Of a DNA stretch of 64,000 nucleotides, positions 1-10,695 are shown piece by piece (positions within the stretch are counted from its first letter, which is position 1; each line of letters opens with the position of its first letter). Location: contig CBDCKN010000015.1 of assembly GCA_965218295.1 (NCBI GenBank), forward strand, positions 384,001 to 448,000. The letters are read 5' to 3'. Below the pieces are notes generated by a model. It did not search any database. It was given only the letters and a program-made list of their open reading frames with translations, and was not told where the DNA came from. The DNA comes from Longimicrobiales bacterium. Lineage in GTDB: Bacteria; Gemmatimonadota; Gemmatimonadetes; Longimicrobiales; Gaopeijiaceae. A program made the translations under genes and the position numbers.

Positions 1-1
1 C

Positions 2-985
2 AAGACCGGACCCTCTACCGATTCATCGGTTCTGGAGGAGCTCGCCACGCAGGGACACGAGATCCCGCGGCTGATGATGGAGTACCGTGAGCTCGAGAAG
101 CTCCGGTCGACCTACGTAGACGCGCTGCCCCAGCTCGTGATTCCACGAACGGGACGGATCCACACCCGCTTCAATCAGACGGTGGCGGCCACCGGACGCC
201 TCTCCTCCAGCGATCCGAATCTGCAGAACATTCCGATCCGCACCGAGCTGGGACGGGAGATCAGAAAAGGCTTCATCCCGGCCGAGGGGTACCTCTTCTA
301 CGGCGCCGACTACTCCCAAGTCGAACTGCGTATCCTCGCCCACTTTTCCGGGGACGAGCCCCTGGTCCAAGCCTTCCGGGAGGGAGTGGACGTCCACAAG
401 CAGACCGCGTCGGTCATCTTCGAGGTGCCCCTCGAGCAGGTGACGTCCGAGCAGCGGGGACAGGCCAAGACCATCAACTTCGCCACGCTGTACGGCCAGG
501 GTGCCTTCTCGCTCGCCCGACAGCTGGGGATCGGCCGCGACGAGGCCAAGGCGTTCATCGACCAGTACTTCGAGCGCTTCAGCGGGGTGCGGGCCTACCT
601 GGACGAGCAGATCGCTACGGCCAGGGAGAAGGGCTTCGTGGAGACCCTCATGGGGAGGCGCCGCTACATCCCCGAGCTCAGAGCCAAGAACTGGAACGTG
701 CGGCAGTTCGGCGAGCGGGTCGCCCAGAACACTCCCATCCAGGGCACGGCGGCAGACATGATCAAGAAGGCCATGATCGATGTGGCCCAGGCGTTGGCCG
801 AGGCGAATACGGGAGCTCGCATGCTGCTCCAAGTCCACGACGAGCTGCTCTTCGAAGTCCCGGAGGGTGAGGAAGACGCGTTGGCAGAGCTGGTCGTCTC
901 CCGTATGGAGGGCGCCGTGGAGCTTAGCGTCCCGTTGGTGGCCGAGGGTGGAGTGGGGAAGTCCTGGTACGACACCAAGGGGTAG
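2..985 (+). CDS. polA: DNA polymerase I, C-terminal polymerase domain (5' end outside window)
   Basis: Frame is open from the window edge. Family A motifs TGRLSSSDPNLQNIP, DYSQVELR, RGQAKTINF and VHDEL are present. Confidence 0.97.
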   Translation, partial: KTGPSTDSSVLEELATQGHEIPRLMMEYRELEKLRSTYVDALPQLVIPRTGRIHTRFNQTVAATGRLSSSDPNLQNIPIRTELGREIRKGFIPAEGYLFYGADYSQVELRILAHFSGDEPLVQAFREGVDVHKQTASVIFEVPLEQVTSEQRGQAKTINFATLYGQGAFSLARQLGIGRDEAKAFIDQYFERFSGVRAYLDEQIATAREKGFVETLMGRRRYIPELRAKNWNVRQFGERVAQNTPIQGTAADMIKKAMIDVAQALAEANTGARMLLQVHDELLFEVPEGEEDALAELVVSRMEGAVELSVPLVAEGGVGKSWYDTKG

Positions 986-1131
986 ACATCGAGCGAGCCT
1001 CGGTCCCGTACAGCCATCCCAACGCCCCGCTCAGCCGAGCACTTTACTGCTCCACTCCGGGCCAGCTGACGCGGACGGGAGATCACTCGTCCTCTCCTCG
1101 GCGGCCGGAAATCACACGCGGGAGGAGCATA

Positions 1132-1506
1132 ATGGGCCGCACCATCAACAAGATCATCCTCGTGGGCAACGTCGGTGCCGATCCGGACGTCCGTGAGACG
1201 AAAAACGGGACCAAGGTCGTCCATATGTCCATGGCGACGAATCGTCCCCCCTACGGGGACGATCCCCAGGAAAGGACGGACTGGCACCGCCTCACCCTCT
1301 GGGCCCGCCTGGCGCAGTTCACCGAGGACTACGTCAAGAAGGGCGACCGGATCTACGTGGAGGGCCGCCTCGAGTACGACACCTACGAGCGAGACGGGGT
1401 GAGCATCCCCACTGCCGACGTGAACGTCCGGGAGCTGGTGCTGCTCTCGTCGTCGAATGAGGCGGTGGACGTGGAGGAGGCGGAGGCCGCGGGGGCCGCG
1501 GCCTAG
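1132..1506 (+). CDS. ssb: Single-stranded DNA-binding protein
   Basis: INKIILVGNVGADP and KKGDRIYVEGRL OB-fold motifs; GGAGGAG RBS upstream. Confidence 0.93.
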   Translation: MGRTINKIILVGNVGADPDVRETKNGTKVVHMSMATNRPPYGDDPQERTDWHRLTLWARLAQFTEDYVKKGDRIYVEGRLEYDTYERDGVSIPTADVNVRELVLLSSSNEAVDVEEAEAAGAAA

Positions 1507-1525
1507 GGCGGTATTGGCTGGTGGA

Positions 1526-3598
1526 CTAGAGCCACTCCCAGAAGCGACGCTGCACCGAGAGGACGAGCTCCCAGTCCCCGTCCGCGTTGAGGCCCCGCGC
1601 CACGTCGAGGAGCAGGAGATCCCACCCGAGCCCGATGCCCACTCCTGCGGAGCTTCTGAGCCCGTCGGTGCTTCGGCCTGGCCATCCGTCGGGCAACTCG
1701 TTGCGGCTGAAGCCCGTCTTGCCGGTGGCCACGAAGGCCCGTATGGACAGCCAGGGTGTGAGCAGGGGCTGGCTGCCCTCGACCCTCATGAGCGCCATCC
1801 GATCGCCGATGAAGGATCGGTACGGATATCCGGGCAGGGTGTGTCTGCCACCCAGGAGATAGAGCGACTGAGCCGGGATCTCGTTTGAGGAGAGGCCAAG
1901 CTGGAGGCGGCCCTCCACCGTCGTGCCCGACGAGTGCAGCTGGCGCTGAAGGCCAGACTCCCACCACAGCGAGCCGTAGCTCCGGTCATCGAAGGCGCCG
2001 ATCCGCGCTGTGGCCGAAGTCGTGAAGCCACGCATGCCGATCCGCCTCGAGTAGGATAATTCGAGGGCCCAACCGTCTCCCTCATCGACCGGGAGCACGG
2101 GGCGATGCGTGCCCGCTCCAGCTGCCGCGTCCTCGACCACGTTCTCCCCGGAGCGATGGCGCTCCCACACTCCTGCCAAGCGCAGGGTGCCTGTGCTGCC
2201 CACCGCCCAACTGTATCTCAGCTCCGCGCTCGACGAGAAGTAAGGATCCGTGTAATCCTCTCCCGCCAGCAGTCCCCCCAGGGTGTTAATCGCTGTGCTG
2301 GAGCCGCGTAGTCGCCCGCTGGCGTCGTTCAACTCGTTCCATCGGAGACGGAGTCCAAGTCCCTGATTGGCGGGTGTTCGGCCGAGGGTCACCGAGAGAT
2401 GGCTCTTGTCACGCCCGAATGAGTACCCGCCGTGGGACTGCAGTCTCCAGGTGGGCCCGAGAATGAAGGCCGCACCTGCCCCAGCGAAGGAGCCCTCCGC
2501 CCTGTTGTACCTGTAGACCGAGGAGACGAAAGGAACGTAGAGACGGGAAGGCTTCAGCCCACTCAGGTATCGGCGACCCACCACCGTCATGGCCTGTCGC
2601 CGGATGGCCTCGATCTCCGGCGAGGTCTCGAGGCCCTCTTCCTCCAGCTGATCGTAGAGCCCCGTTTCGAACGGGAAGTTCTCCCTGGCGGCCTGGGGAA
2701 CCGACGAGATCGGCCCACCGAAGAAGAGGTACTCCGGCAGCTGTGGGTTGAACTGGTAGTTCCGTATCTCGAAACGGCCTCGAATGACGCTGCCGGCCAG
2801 GAAGTCGATGATCGGAAGTTCCCTCCTCAACTCCACTTCCTGGCGGTACGGAAGCCAGTACTTCCCCTCCCAGACTGAGTTGTCCATGGAGATGCGGATG
2901 TAGTCCAGGTTGCCGTCGACGTAAGAAGCCGGCGTGAACGTAAAGTTCATCCGGACGATAGCCCCCGACCCTCGCTCCAGGAACACGCTGCCAATCACCC
3001 CTGGAGAGCCTGGGTCCTTGGGCCGGACTTCGACCTCGTACACGCGGATGTCCCGAGTCGGGCCCGGAAGCGAAAGGGTGAGGGAGTCGGTGAGACGGAA
3101 GTCGTAGATCTCCTCGGCCCCGGGTGCGACGGGGTGTATGACGGCCGCCACCTCGTCTCCGTCCCCCAAACGGATGAGGTCTCCGAAGTCATCCTGCACC
3201 ACGGTGAGGTGATCGAGGTGGTACTTGATGTTCGTCGGGAGCTGTTTCTCGTCCCGGAGCCCGACTACCCGCTGTTTCGTCTGCGCCGGGGCTCGCCAGT
3301 AGACCTTCAACGCGATCTGGTCGGTCCTCACCAAGGTGCGCTCGTCGCTGTCGGGGCGGTCCAGAAAGAAGTAGACATAGCCCCTGGCGTCGGCCTCGTA
3401 TGCTTGAAAGGCCGAGTCCACGGCCACGGCCTGGCGGAGATCCCTCGCCTCTCCTACCAGCCTCGTCGCTCTAGGTCCGTTCCATACGCCGTCGGACTGC
3501 GCTTCCACCCCGGGCGCGAGACAAACGAGCAGCGGGAAGATGGCGAAGGTGAGACCCTGCATCCGGGTGGGAAGTGACAGACGGGGCTTCTCGGTCAT
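1526..3598 (-). CDS. Secreted/outer-membrane hypothetical protein with C-terminal beta-barrel-like region
   Basis: Long ORF with signal peptide (FAIFPLLVCLAPGVEAQ) and amphipathic beta-strand C-terminus. Start placed downstream of the terminator at 3647-3681; ATG 3562 is an alternative. Confidence 0.7.
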   Translation of the reverse strand: MTEKPRLSLPTRMQGLTFAIFPLLVCLAPGVEAQSDGVWNGPRATRLVGEARDLRQAVAVDSAFQAYEADARGYVYFFLDRPDSDERTLVRTDQIALKVYWRAPAQTKQRVVGLRDEKQLPTNIKYHLDHLTVVQDDFGDLIRLGDGDEVAAVIHPVAPGAEEIYDFRLTDSLTLSLPGPTRDIRVYEVEVRPKDPGSPGVIGSVFLERGSGAIVRMNFTFTPASYVDGNLDYIRISMDNSVWEGKYWLPYRQEVELRRELPIIDFLAGSVIRGRFEIRNYQFNPQLPEYLFFGGPISSVPQAARENFPFETGLYDQLEEEGLETSPEIEAIRRQAMTVVGRRYLSGLKPSRLYVPFVSSVYRYNRAEGSFAGAGAAFILGPTWRLQSHGGYSFGRDKSHLSVTLGRTPANQGLGLRLRWNELNDASGRLRGSSTAINTLGGLLAGEDYTDPYFSSSAELRYSWAVGSTGTLRLAGVWERHRSGENVVEDAAAGAGTHRPVLPVDEGDGWALELSYSRRIGMRGFTTSATARIGAFDDRSYGSLWWESGLQRQLHSSGTTVEGRLQLGLSSNEIPAQSLYLLGGRHTLPGYPYRSFIGDRMALMRVEGSQPLLTPWLSIRAFVATGKTGFSRNELPDGWPGRSTDGLRSSAGVGIGLGWDLLLLDVARGLNADGDWELVLSVQRRFWEWL

Positions 3599-3646
3599 GC
3601 AGATCGTACGCGTACCGCAGGGCGCCGGTTCCCCCGTCGCCGGCAC

Positions 3647-3681
3647 AAAAAAGGGCCCCGTCCGATCGCGGACAGGGCCCT
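3647..3681 (-). terminator. Intrinsic terminator of the sigma-factor gene
   Basis: Minus strand reads GGGCCCTGTCCG-CGAT-CGGACGGGGCCC followed by TTTTTT. Confidence 0.85.
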
Positions 3682-3704
3682 GATTGCCAAGGTGGCTTCG
3701 GGCG

Positions 3705-4565
3705 TCAGTTCGCGCTCCAGAATCCCGAGAGAGAGTCACCATGGGGGCTCTCGCGGAGCTTCTCGAACGCCCGGTTCCGGATCTGCCGGATCCGTTCGCG
3801 CGTTACGCCGAGGAGTGAGCCGATCTCCTCCAGCGTCCGCTCCTCACCGTCGTCGAGGCCATAGTAGAGGTACAGGATCTTCCGCTCGCGCTCGGTGAGG
3901 TAGCTGTCGAACATCGTCTCGAGGAAGTCCCGACGGGCGATCGCCTCCACATCCTCCTCGATGTCGGTGGCCTCGGCTCCGGCGAACCTCTCACCGAAGC
4001 TGGCGCTGTTGCCGTCGCTCCGATCGATGGGAGCGTCGAGACTGAGCTCACTCGCCGCCACTCGCCGGAGAGCACGGATCGTCTCGATGGGCTCCTCCAT
4101 CTCACGCGAGATCTCCTGGATCGTCGGTGAGCGGCCGAGCTGTTGCGTGAGAGCCGTGTCGATCCGGGCCAGCTTGGCCAGGTTCGAGTTCTGGTTGAGG
4201 GGGATGCGAACCGAGCGTGTCTGCTCTGCCAGGGCCTGGAGAACGGTCTGGCGAATCCACCAAACGGCGTACGAGATGAACTTCACGCCCTTGTCCGGAT
4301 CGAACTTCTTCACCGCTTTGAGCAGCCCCTCGTTGCCGATGCATACGAGCTCGGCGAGGCCTAGGCCACGACCCTGGTACTTCTTCACGTAGGAGATGAC
4401 GAACCGCAGGTTGGCGGTGACCAGGCGCTCAGCCGCCTCCTTGTCGCCGGTGCGGGCGCGGCGTGCCAGGGCCCGCTCTTCCGCGGGGTCCTGGATCAGT
4501 GGGTATTTCTCGACGTCTTGCAGATACTGGTCGAACGAATCCAGGCCTCGGGAAGTCGAAAACAT
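3705..4565 (-). CDS. RNA polymerase sigma-70 family factor (RpoD/RpoS-like, no region 1.1)
   Basis: Region 2 ANLRFVISYVKKY and KFISYAVWWIRQ; region 4 HTH TLEEIGSLLGVTRERIRQI. ATG 4565 chosen because it lies downstream of the promoter elements. Confidence 0.93.
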   Translation of the reverse strand: MFSTSRGLDSFDQYLQDVEKYPLIQDPAEERALARRARTGDKEAAERLVTANLRFVISYVKKYQGRGLGLAELVCIGNEGLLKAVKKFDPDKGVKFISYAVWWIRQTVLQALAEQTRSVRIPLNQNSNLAKLARIDTALTQQLGRSPTIQEISREMEEPIETIRALRRVAASELSLDAPIDRSDGNSASFGERFAGAEATDIEEDVEAIARRDFLETMFDSYLTERERKILYLYYGLDDGEERTLEEIGSLLGVTRERIRQIRNRAFEKLRESPHGDSLSGFWSAN

Positions 4566-4610
4566 TCGTTCCGGGCGCCTCGTTTCGGAGGTTGAGAGGG
4601 ATCGTGAGCT

Positions 4611-4627
4611 ATGCAAACAACGTGCCG
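4611..4627 (-). promoter_or_regulatory. Sigma-54 (-24/-12) promoter
   Basis: Minus strand CGGCACGTTGTTTGCAT gives GG-N10-GC, close to consensus TGGCACG-N4-TTGCW, about 46 nt upstream of the ATG. Confidence 0.7.
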
Positions 4628-4699
4628 TCCTCGGCGCGAAACGACCTGCTAAACGAGTCGAGGAGAACAGCTTAACTCGCGTCGCGGCGAAGGGTGTGA

Positions 4700-4728
4700 A
4701 ACTTATAAAAGTGTGTTTCTGGAGTCAA
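4700..4728 (-). promoter_or_regulatory. Sigma-70-type promoter
   Basis: TTGACT-N17-TAAGTT on the minus strand, in an AT-rich patch. Confidence 0.55.
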
Positions 4729-4836
4729 AGGTTTTCTTCATAAGCCGGGATCCGAGCCACGAATGGTGTCTCTTGGCGTCATTATGGCAGGTCGAGGTTG
4801 CTAGACACCGGGCGGTGACGCCGCTCATCCGGAGGC

Positions 4837-6642
4837 CTACCGGCGGCTTCGGCGCAACTGTGGATCCGCGAATCCCTGCAGCAATCCGAGCAACTCGGTG
4901 GCCGTGATCCTGAACACGGGCTTCTTGAAAGCGTCGGGGCCGTTCACCGGAAACGCCAGGTCGATCCGGATCACTCTCCGGGTACCTCCGGGGAAGCCGA
5001 GGCGTAGGCCGGCGCCGGCGCTGGCACCGAAGCCGGAGTCGCCGCCGAACGGGGTGTCGCCCCGCCAGACCGAGCCCACGTCCAGGAACGCGGTGAGCCC
5101 CAGGTCGAAGAGACCACCTGCAGGCGATCCCAGATAGATCCGGTCCTCAAACGAGCCCATCAGTCGCCGCCCGCCCGGGGCGTGGTCGAGGCCGTGGCCC
5201 CTGAGGTTGAACGGCCCTCCCAGCGTGAGCTGGAAGGGAACCGTCATGGACCACCCCGCCGCCCCCGAGATCCGCGCGAAGAGCGTGTGGCGAGGTAGGG
5301 CCAACGGCTGCCAGTACGTGTAGACGTCGAATTCGCCAATGGCGTCCCGCCAGCCCTCCTGGGGGCCGTCGAAGATCCGACGGGCCTCGAAGCCCACGCT
5401 TCCGGCGAGGACCCAACGGCCCGGTGCCAGCCCTCCGAAGACACGGATGCGTCCGAAGAAGTCGTCGTCCTCCGTTTCCGAGTCGGGGCCGAGGAACCCG
5501 AAGCTACGACCCAGCGTCAGGGAGACCTCGCCGCCCACAGGTACGTCCTGGACACCGCGCAAAGCGTCGAGACCGGCCCGCCGCTCGAACCGCAGGTTCC
5601 GCTGTCCGAGTAAGAAGTTGAGCCGGGTCGCGGAGCGTCCTCGGGTCTGCGGTGCGACCGGCGCGGACAGCTCCGGAGGGGCTGGCTCGGTGTTAGCAAA
5701 GTCCCGATTCCGGACCGCCTCGGGACCCTCCTCGAATCGCCCGAAGTCGAGATCGTCTCGAGAGATCCCGAGGCCCAGGATCGTCAGACGTCCCGCCTCT
5801 CCCAGTCGTCCTGCCACCGTGAGCTCGGCACGCTTCCTCAAGAAGGGAGTCACGACGTGTGTGTACACTCCGCCTTCCGGAAGGGCGTATGCGAAGAGGT
5901 CCTCCCGACGGGTGTAGAACTGGGTGGCAGCGTACCGGCCCACCTCGCCGACGAACGGATAGACGAAGGCCTGTTGGAAGAAAGGACCGACACGGGTCTC
6001 TCCCGCTTGGAGCTGGGCGTCCCATCGGGTGCCCAGGAAGCGGGCTGTCTGGACCGCCCCTCCGATCGCGCGAGCTTCCCGGCGCTCCCGGTAGAAGGCG
6101 CGGGCCGCGACACCCTTCCCGAGGACGTTCTCCTCCGTAACGTCGAGTCCGTTGAACTCGAAACCTTCGTCAAAACGGGCACGGACCGTCACCTGGAGGG
6201 TCCACTCATCCTGCGTGTCCACTACGATGTGGACGGACCCGTCGGACTGGGGGACGGCGAATACGTCCACCCGAGCGATGAAGCCCAGTTGGCGGATGAT
6301 CCTCTCCGACTCCGCGACCAGAAACGGATCGTAGCAGTCGCCTACTTTGAAGAGGAGCTCCCCCTGGATGAACTCCTCATCTGTCTCCATATGGAGCCAG
6401 TTGGCGAAATTATAGAGCCACTCGAGGGACTTTCCGTTGGTGAGGCTTGTCGTGTCGAAGACCGGGTGGCTGTTTATGAAGATGAAGGAGATCTGGCCGT
6501 TCGGACACGCCTGTCCCACGAGCCTAGCCGGCCCCGAGGCGGTCAACGCGGCGAGGAGGATCAACGCTCGGGTGAGACTTCGGGCCCAACGCTCTCCAGC
6601 GGCGGCGATTGACACTCGGTTTTGCTCAGCTAACCTAAACAT
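4837..6642 (-). CDS. BamA/TamA (Omp85)-like outer membrane protein
   Basis: POTRA-like segment (ELLFKVGDCYDPFLVAESERIIRQLGFI), EENVLG, LGGPFNLRG and RIDLAFP motifs. Start codon uncertain. Confidence 0.75.
   Translation of the reverse strand: MFRLAEQNRVSIAAAGERWARSLTRALILLAALTASGPARLVGQACPNGQISFIFINSHPVFDTTSLTNGKSLEWLYNFANWLHMETDEEFIQGELLFKVGDCYDPFLVAESERIIRQLGFIARVDVFAVPQSDGSVHIVVDTQDEWTLQVTVRARFDEGFEFNGLDVTEENVLGKGVAARAFYRERREARAIGGAVQTARFLGTRWDAQLQAGETRVGPFFQQAFVYPFVGEVGRYAATQFYTRREDLFAYALPEGGVYTHVVTPFLRKRAELTVAGRLGEAGRLTILGLGISRDDLDFGRFEEGPEAVRNRDFANTEPAPPELSAPVAPQTRGRSATRLNFLLGQRNLRFERRAGLDALRGVQDVPVGGEVSLTLGRSFGFLGPDSETEDDDFFGRIRVFGGLAPGRWVLAGSVGFEARRIFDGPQEGWRDAIGEFDVYTYWQPLALPRHTLFARISGAAGWSMTVPFQLTLGGPFNLRGHGLDHAPGGRRLMGSFEDRIYLGSPAGGLFDLGLTAFLDVGSVWRGDTPFGGDSGFGASAGAGLRLGFPGGTRRVIRIDLAFPVNGPDAFKKPVFRITATELLGLLQGFADPQLRRSRR
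6609..6636 (+). promoter_or_regulatory. Sigma-70-type promoter for maeB
   Basis: TTGACA-N16-TAACCT, 30 nt upstream of the maeB ATG. Confidence 0.55.
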
Positions 6643-6665
6643 TCCCCTCTGAATAAGGCTTCCGA

Positions 6666-8933
6666 ATGGACGCTCGCAGCAAAGCGGCCTTGGAGTATCA
6701 CACCAAGGGTCGACCTGGCAAAATAGAAGTCCTTCCCACCAAGCCACTGAACACACAGAGAGACCTGTCCCTCGCGTACAGTCCGGGTGTGGCGGTGCCC
6801 TGTCTGAAGATCCACGAGAGACCGGACGACGTCTTCAAGTATACGGCGCGCGGCAACTTGGTTGCTGTCGTCTCCAATGGGACGGCGGTTCTGGGACTCG
6901 GCAACATCGGACCGATGGCGTCGAAGCCGGTCATGGAAGGCAAAGGCGTGCTCTTCAAGAAGTTCGCCGGCATCGACGTGTTCGATCTGGAGGTCGGCTC
7001 CGAAGACCCCGAGGACGTCATCCGGTTCTGTGAGCTCCTCGAGCCGACCGTGGGTGGAATCAACTTGGAAGACATCAAGGCTCCCGACTGCTTCGTCATC
7101 GAGAGGCGACTCAAGGAGGGCCTGGACATTCCGGTCTTCCACGACGACCAGCACGGGACGGCCATCATCAGCGCCGCGGCTCTCATGAACGCACTCGAGC
7201 TCATCGGAAAGAGGCCATCGAAGATCAAGGTGGTGTTCAGTGGCGCCGGTGCGTCGGCCATCTCCACCGCGGAGCACTTCACGCGGATCGGGATTCTCCG
7301 TGCGAACATCCTCATGGTGGACAGCGAGGGGGTGATTTATGAGGGACGCCAGGAGGGCATGAACGAATACAAAGCGCCCTTCGCCGTCCGGACCGACCTC
7401 CGTACCCTGGAGGACGCCATGAAAGGGGCCGACGTGTTCATCGGCCTCTCGGTTCGCGGGCTGGTGACCAAGGAGATGGTGGCCTCCATGGCCAAGCGTC
7501 CCATCATTTTCGCGCTGGCCAATCCCGATCCGGAAGTCACGCCCGAAGAGGTGGCTGAGGTGCGGAACGACGCTATCGTCGCTACGGGGCGCTCGGACTA
7601 TCCGAATCAGGTGAACAACGTTCTCGGGTTCCCGTTCCTGTTCCGTGGCGCCCTGGACGTCCGGGCCAAGGCCATCAACGAGGAGATGATGCTGGCGGCC
7701 ACCCGTGCCCTGGCCGAGCTGGCGAAGGCCACGGTGCCCCAATACGTGACCGCGGCCTATGGCGGCGAGTCCTTCGAGTTCGGCCACGAGTACCTGATTC
7801 CCAAGCCGTTCGACTCCCGAGTGCTCTTCCACGTGGCTCCGGCCGTGGCGAAGGCGGCCATGGAGTCCGGCGTCGCGCGGGAGGAGATCGACCTCGAGGA
7901 GTACGAGGATCGGCTCAAGGCGAGCCTGGGGCCGAGTGGCGAGGTCATGCGAGGGATGGTCAGCCGTGCGCGGAAGCGACCCATGCGCGTGGTCCTCACG
8001 GACGGCTACAACGAGCGCGTGATCCGTGCCTGCCAGCAGATCGTGGAGGACGGCGTCGCGATCCCGGTCCTCATCGGCCGGGAAGACAAGGTCCACAGGA
8101 TCTGCGAGCTCCACGGCGTCGACATCACCGGCACTGAGATCGTCCACCCGATCCTGAGCGACGAGGTGCGCCACGAATACGCCGAGGAGCTGTACCAGTC
8201 CCGTCGGCGGAAGGGACTGACCCGCGCCGAGGCTCGTTCGCGGATGTACCAGCCCGGCTACTTCGCCGGCATGATGATCCGGCTAGGTGACGCCGACGCC
8301 ATGGTCGCCGGCATCGAGTCCCACTATGCGGAGGTCTTGCGGCCGGCGCTGCAGGTCCTCGGTCGGGCCGACGGGGTGCGGAGGGTGGCCGCCATGTACG
8401 TGGTGGCTCTTCGCGACAGGGAGCTCCTCTTCTTCGGCGACACCGCCGTGAACATCGACCCCGACGCGGATGTTCTCACGGACATCGCTCTGCTCACAGC
8501 TGGCTTCGTGGAGAAGCTCGGAATCGAGCCGCGCATCGCCATGCTCTCGTTCTCCAACTTCGGATCGGCTAGCCATCCCGAGTCCGAGAAGGTGCGGGCG
8601 GCCGTCGACCAGGTAAAGGCGCTCCGCCCGGATCTGGAGGTCGACGGCGAGATGCAGGCCGACACGGCGGTAAACACCGAGATCTTGCGGGAGCAGTATC
8701 CGTTCAGCACGCTTACGCGGGCGGCCAACGTGCTCATCTTCCCGAACCTCGCTTCCGCCAACGCCTCCTATAAGTTGTTGGCGGAGATCGGAGGGGCGGA
8801 TGTGATCGGTCCGATCCTGCTGGGGATGAAGCATCCCGTTCACTTCCTGCAGCGGGGATCCACCGTCCAGGACGTCGTGAATCTGGTCACTCTGGCGTCG
8901 GTGGACGCGCAGGCCCGATCTGCACAAGATTAG
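6666..8933 (+). CDS. maeB: NADP-dependent malic enzyme with phosphotransacetylase-like domain
   Basis: [25 protein letters not shown] and [12 protein letters not shown] motifs, plus PTA-like C-terminus (VDGEMQAD). Confidence 0.97.
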   Translation: MDARSKAALEYHTKGRPGKIEVLPTKPLNTQRDLSLAYSPGVAVPCLKIHERPDDVFKYTARGNLVAVVSNGTAVLGLGNIGPMASKPVMEGKGVLFKKFAGIDVFDLEVGSEDPEDVIRFCELLEPTVGGINLEDIKAPDCFVIERRLKEGLDIPVFHDDQHGTAIISAAALMNALELIGKRPSKIKVVFSGAGASAISTAEHFTRIGILRANILMVDSEGVIYEGRQEGMNEYKAPFAVRTDLRTLEDAMKGADVFIGLSVRGLVTKEMVASMAKRPIIFALANPDPEVTPEEVAEVRNDAIVATGRSDYPNQVNNVLGFPFLFRGALDVRAKAINEEMMLAATRALAELAKATVPQYVTAAYGGESFEFGHEYLIPKPFDSRVLFHVAPAVAKAAMESGVAREEIDLEEYEDRLKASLGPSGEVMRGMVSRARKRPMRVVLTDGYNERVIRACQQIVEDGVAIPVLIGREDKVHRICELHGVDITGTEIVHPILSDEVRHEYAEELYQSRRRKGLTRAEARSRMYQPGYFAGMMIRLGDADAMVAGIESHYAEVLRPALQVLGRADGVRRVAAMYVVALRDRELLFFGDTAVNIDPDADVLTDIALLTAGFVEKLGIEPRIAMLSFSNFGSASHPESEKVRAAVDQVKALRPDLEVDGEMQADTAVNTEILREQYPFSTLTRAANVLIFPNLASANASYKLLAEIGGADVIGPILLGMKHPVHFLQRGSTVQDVVNLVTLASVDAQARSAQD

Positions 8934-9009
8934 CGCTGGACTCGACCTAGGCGGTCGGTGTTTTCTCGGTGTTGAGCTCTACTGAAGAGAAGGAATAAAG
9001 GACCGATCA

Positions 9010-10635
9010 GTGGCGACAGAGATCGAGGGCAATCCGTCGATGATTGGAGCGAGGGCCTCCGCCCGAGCGGGACTGGACACCCACGCACTCGACCCGCAGA
9101 AGCAGGTGCACTGGAATCTCTCCCCCGCTCAGCTCTACGAACGGGCGCTGGCGCGGGGGGAGGGACGACTGACCCACATGGGTGGGTTCACGGTCGTTAC
9201 GGCCCCTCACACGGGGCGCTCGCCGAACGACAGGTTCACGGTCAAGGAGTCCGCCACGGGCGAGGGCATCGACTGGGGCGCCGTGAACGTACCCCTGAGC
9301 GAGGACCACTTCTACGCGCTTCGTGACGAGGTCATCGCTTTTCTGAACGAGCAGGAGCTGTTCGTCCGGGACGCCAAGGCCTGCGCTCATCCGGGTCACG
9401 GACTGAACGTCCGGGTGGTGACGCACAACGCATGGCACAACCTTTTCGCCTACAACATGTTCCTGCGGCCCAACGCCGAGGAGCTCGAGGGTTTCCAGCC
9501 CGGCTTCACGGTGCTCCATGCGCCCGGCTTCCTGGCCGACCCGGCGAGGCACGGCACGAACAGCGCCACGTTCATAGTCGTGAACTTCCAAGAGCGCCAA
9601 GTCCTGATCGGGGGCTCCAACTACGCCGGCGAGATCAAGAAGTCGATCTTCTCGGTCCTGAACTACATGCTCCCGGACCAGGGCGTGCTGCCCATGCACT
9701 GCTCGGCCAATGTCGGTCCCGACGGCGACACGGCGCTCTTCTTCGGCCTTTCGGGCACAGGCAAGACGACCCTTTCGGCCGATCCGGAGCGGGGACTTAT
9801 CGGCGACGACGAGCACGGCTGGGGCGAGTCCGGGATCTTCAACTTCGAGGGCGGTTGCTACGCGAAGACCATCAAGCTCTCGCCGGAGGGTGAGCCGGAG
9901 ATCTACCAGGCGACCAAGATGTTCGGGACGATCCTCGAAAACGTCATCCTCGACGACGACACCCAGGACATCGACTTCGACGACGGGAGCATCACCGAGA
10001 ACACCCGTGCGTCGTACCCCATCCACTACATTCCCAACGCCGTGGTCCCGGGTCTGGGCGGGCACCCGAAGAACTTGGTTTTCCTGACAGCCGATGCCTT
10101 CGGCGTCCTGCCTCCCATCTCCGAGCTCTCGCCGGAGCAGGCCATGTATCACTTCGTATCGGGCTACACGGCGAAGGTGGCGGGGACCGAGCGGGGGATC
10201 ACCGAGCCCAAGGCAACGTTCAGCGCCTGCTTCGGGGCGCCGTTCCTGCCGAGACACCCGGGGGAGTACGCCGAGATGCTCGGTGAGCGACTCCGGGAGC
10301 ACGGCTCCAGGGTCTGGCTCGTGAACACCGGGTGGAGCGGGGGGGGATACGGTGTGGGAAGCCGCATGAAGCTGTCGTACACGCGGGCCATGGTGAGCGC
10401 TGCGCTGGCCGGTGAGCTGGATGGGGTCGCCACCGAGGCCGATCCGGTCTTCGGGCTGCACATCCCCGCGGAGGTTGCGGGCGTGCCCACCGAGGTTCTG
10501 AACCCGCGCACCACCTGGGCCGACGGGGCCGAGTACGATGCGGCCACCGAGAAGCTGGCCTCCATGTTCAAGGAGAACTTCGCCCAATTCGAGGCGCAGG
10601 TTGCCGAGGGCGTGAAGGAGGCGGGGCCGAAATAG
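9010..10635 (+). CDS. pckA: Phosphoenolpyruvate carboxykinase (ATP)
   Basis: FFGLSGTGKTTLS, LIGDDEHGW, FNFEGGCYAK and ENTRASYP motifs. Confidence 0.97.
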   Translation: MATEIEGNPSMIGARASARAGLDTHALDPQKQVHWNLSPAQLYERALARGEGRLTHMGGFTVVTAPHTGRSPNDRFTVKESATGEGIDWGAVNVPLSEDHFYALRDEVIAFLNEQELFVRDAKACAHPGHGLNVRVVTHNAWHNLFAYNMFLRPNAEELEGFQPGFTVLHAPGFLADPARHGTNSATFIVVNFQERQVLIGGSNYAGEIKKSIFSVLNYMLPDQGVLPMHCSANVGPDGDTALFFGLSGTGKTTLSADPERGLIGDDEHGWGESGIFNFEGGCYAKTIKLSPEGEPEIYQATKMFGTILENVILDDDTQDIDFDDGSITENTRASYPIHYIPNAVVPGLGGHPKNLVFLTADAFGVLPPISELSPEQAMYHFVSGYTAKVAGTERGITEPKATFSACFGAPFLPRHPGEYAEMLGERLREHGSRVWLVNTGWSGGGYGVGSRMKLSYTRAMVSAALAGELDGVATEADPVFGLHIPAEVAGVPTEVLNPRTTWADGAEYDAATEKLASMFKENFAQFEAQVAEGVKEAGPK

Positions 10636-10695
10636 GGTGGCCTGATGCCCGTCGGTTACGAGGCCCCCGCCTCCAATCGAGTGAATGATCGACCT

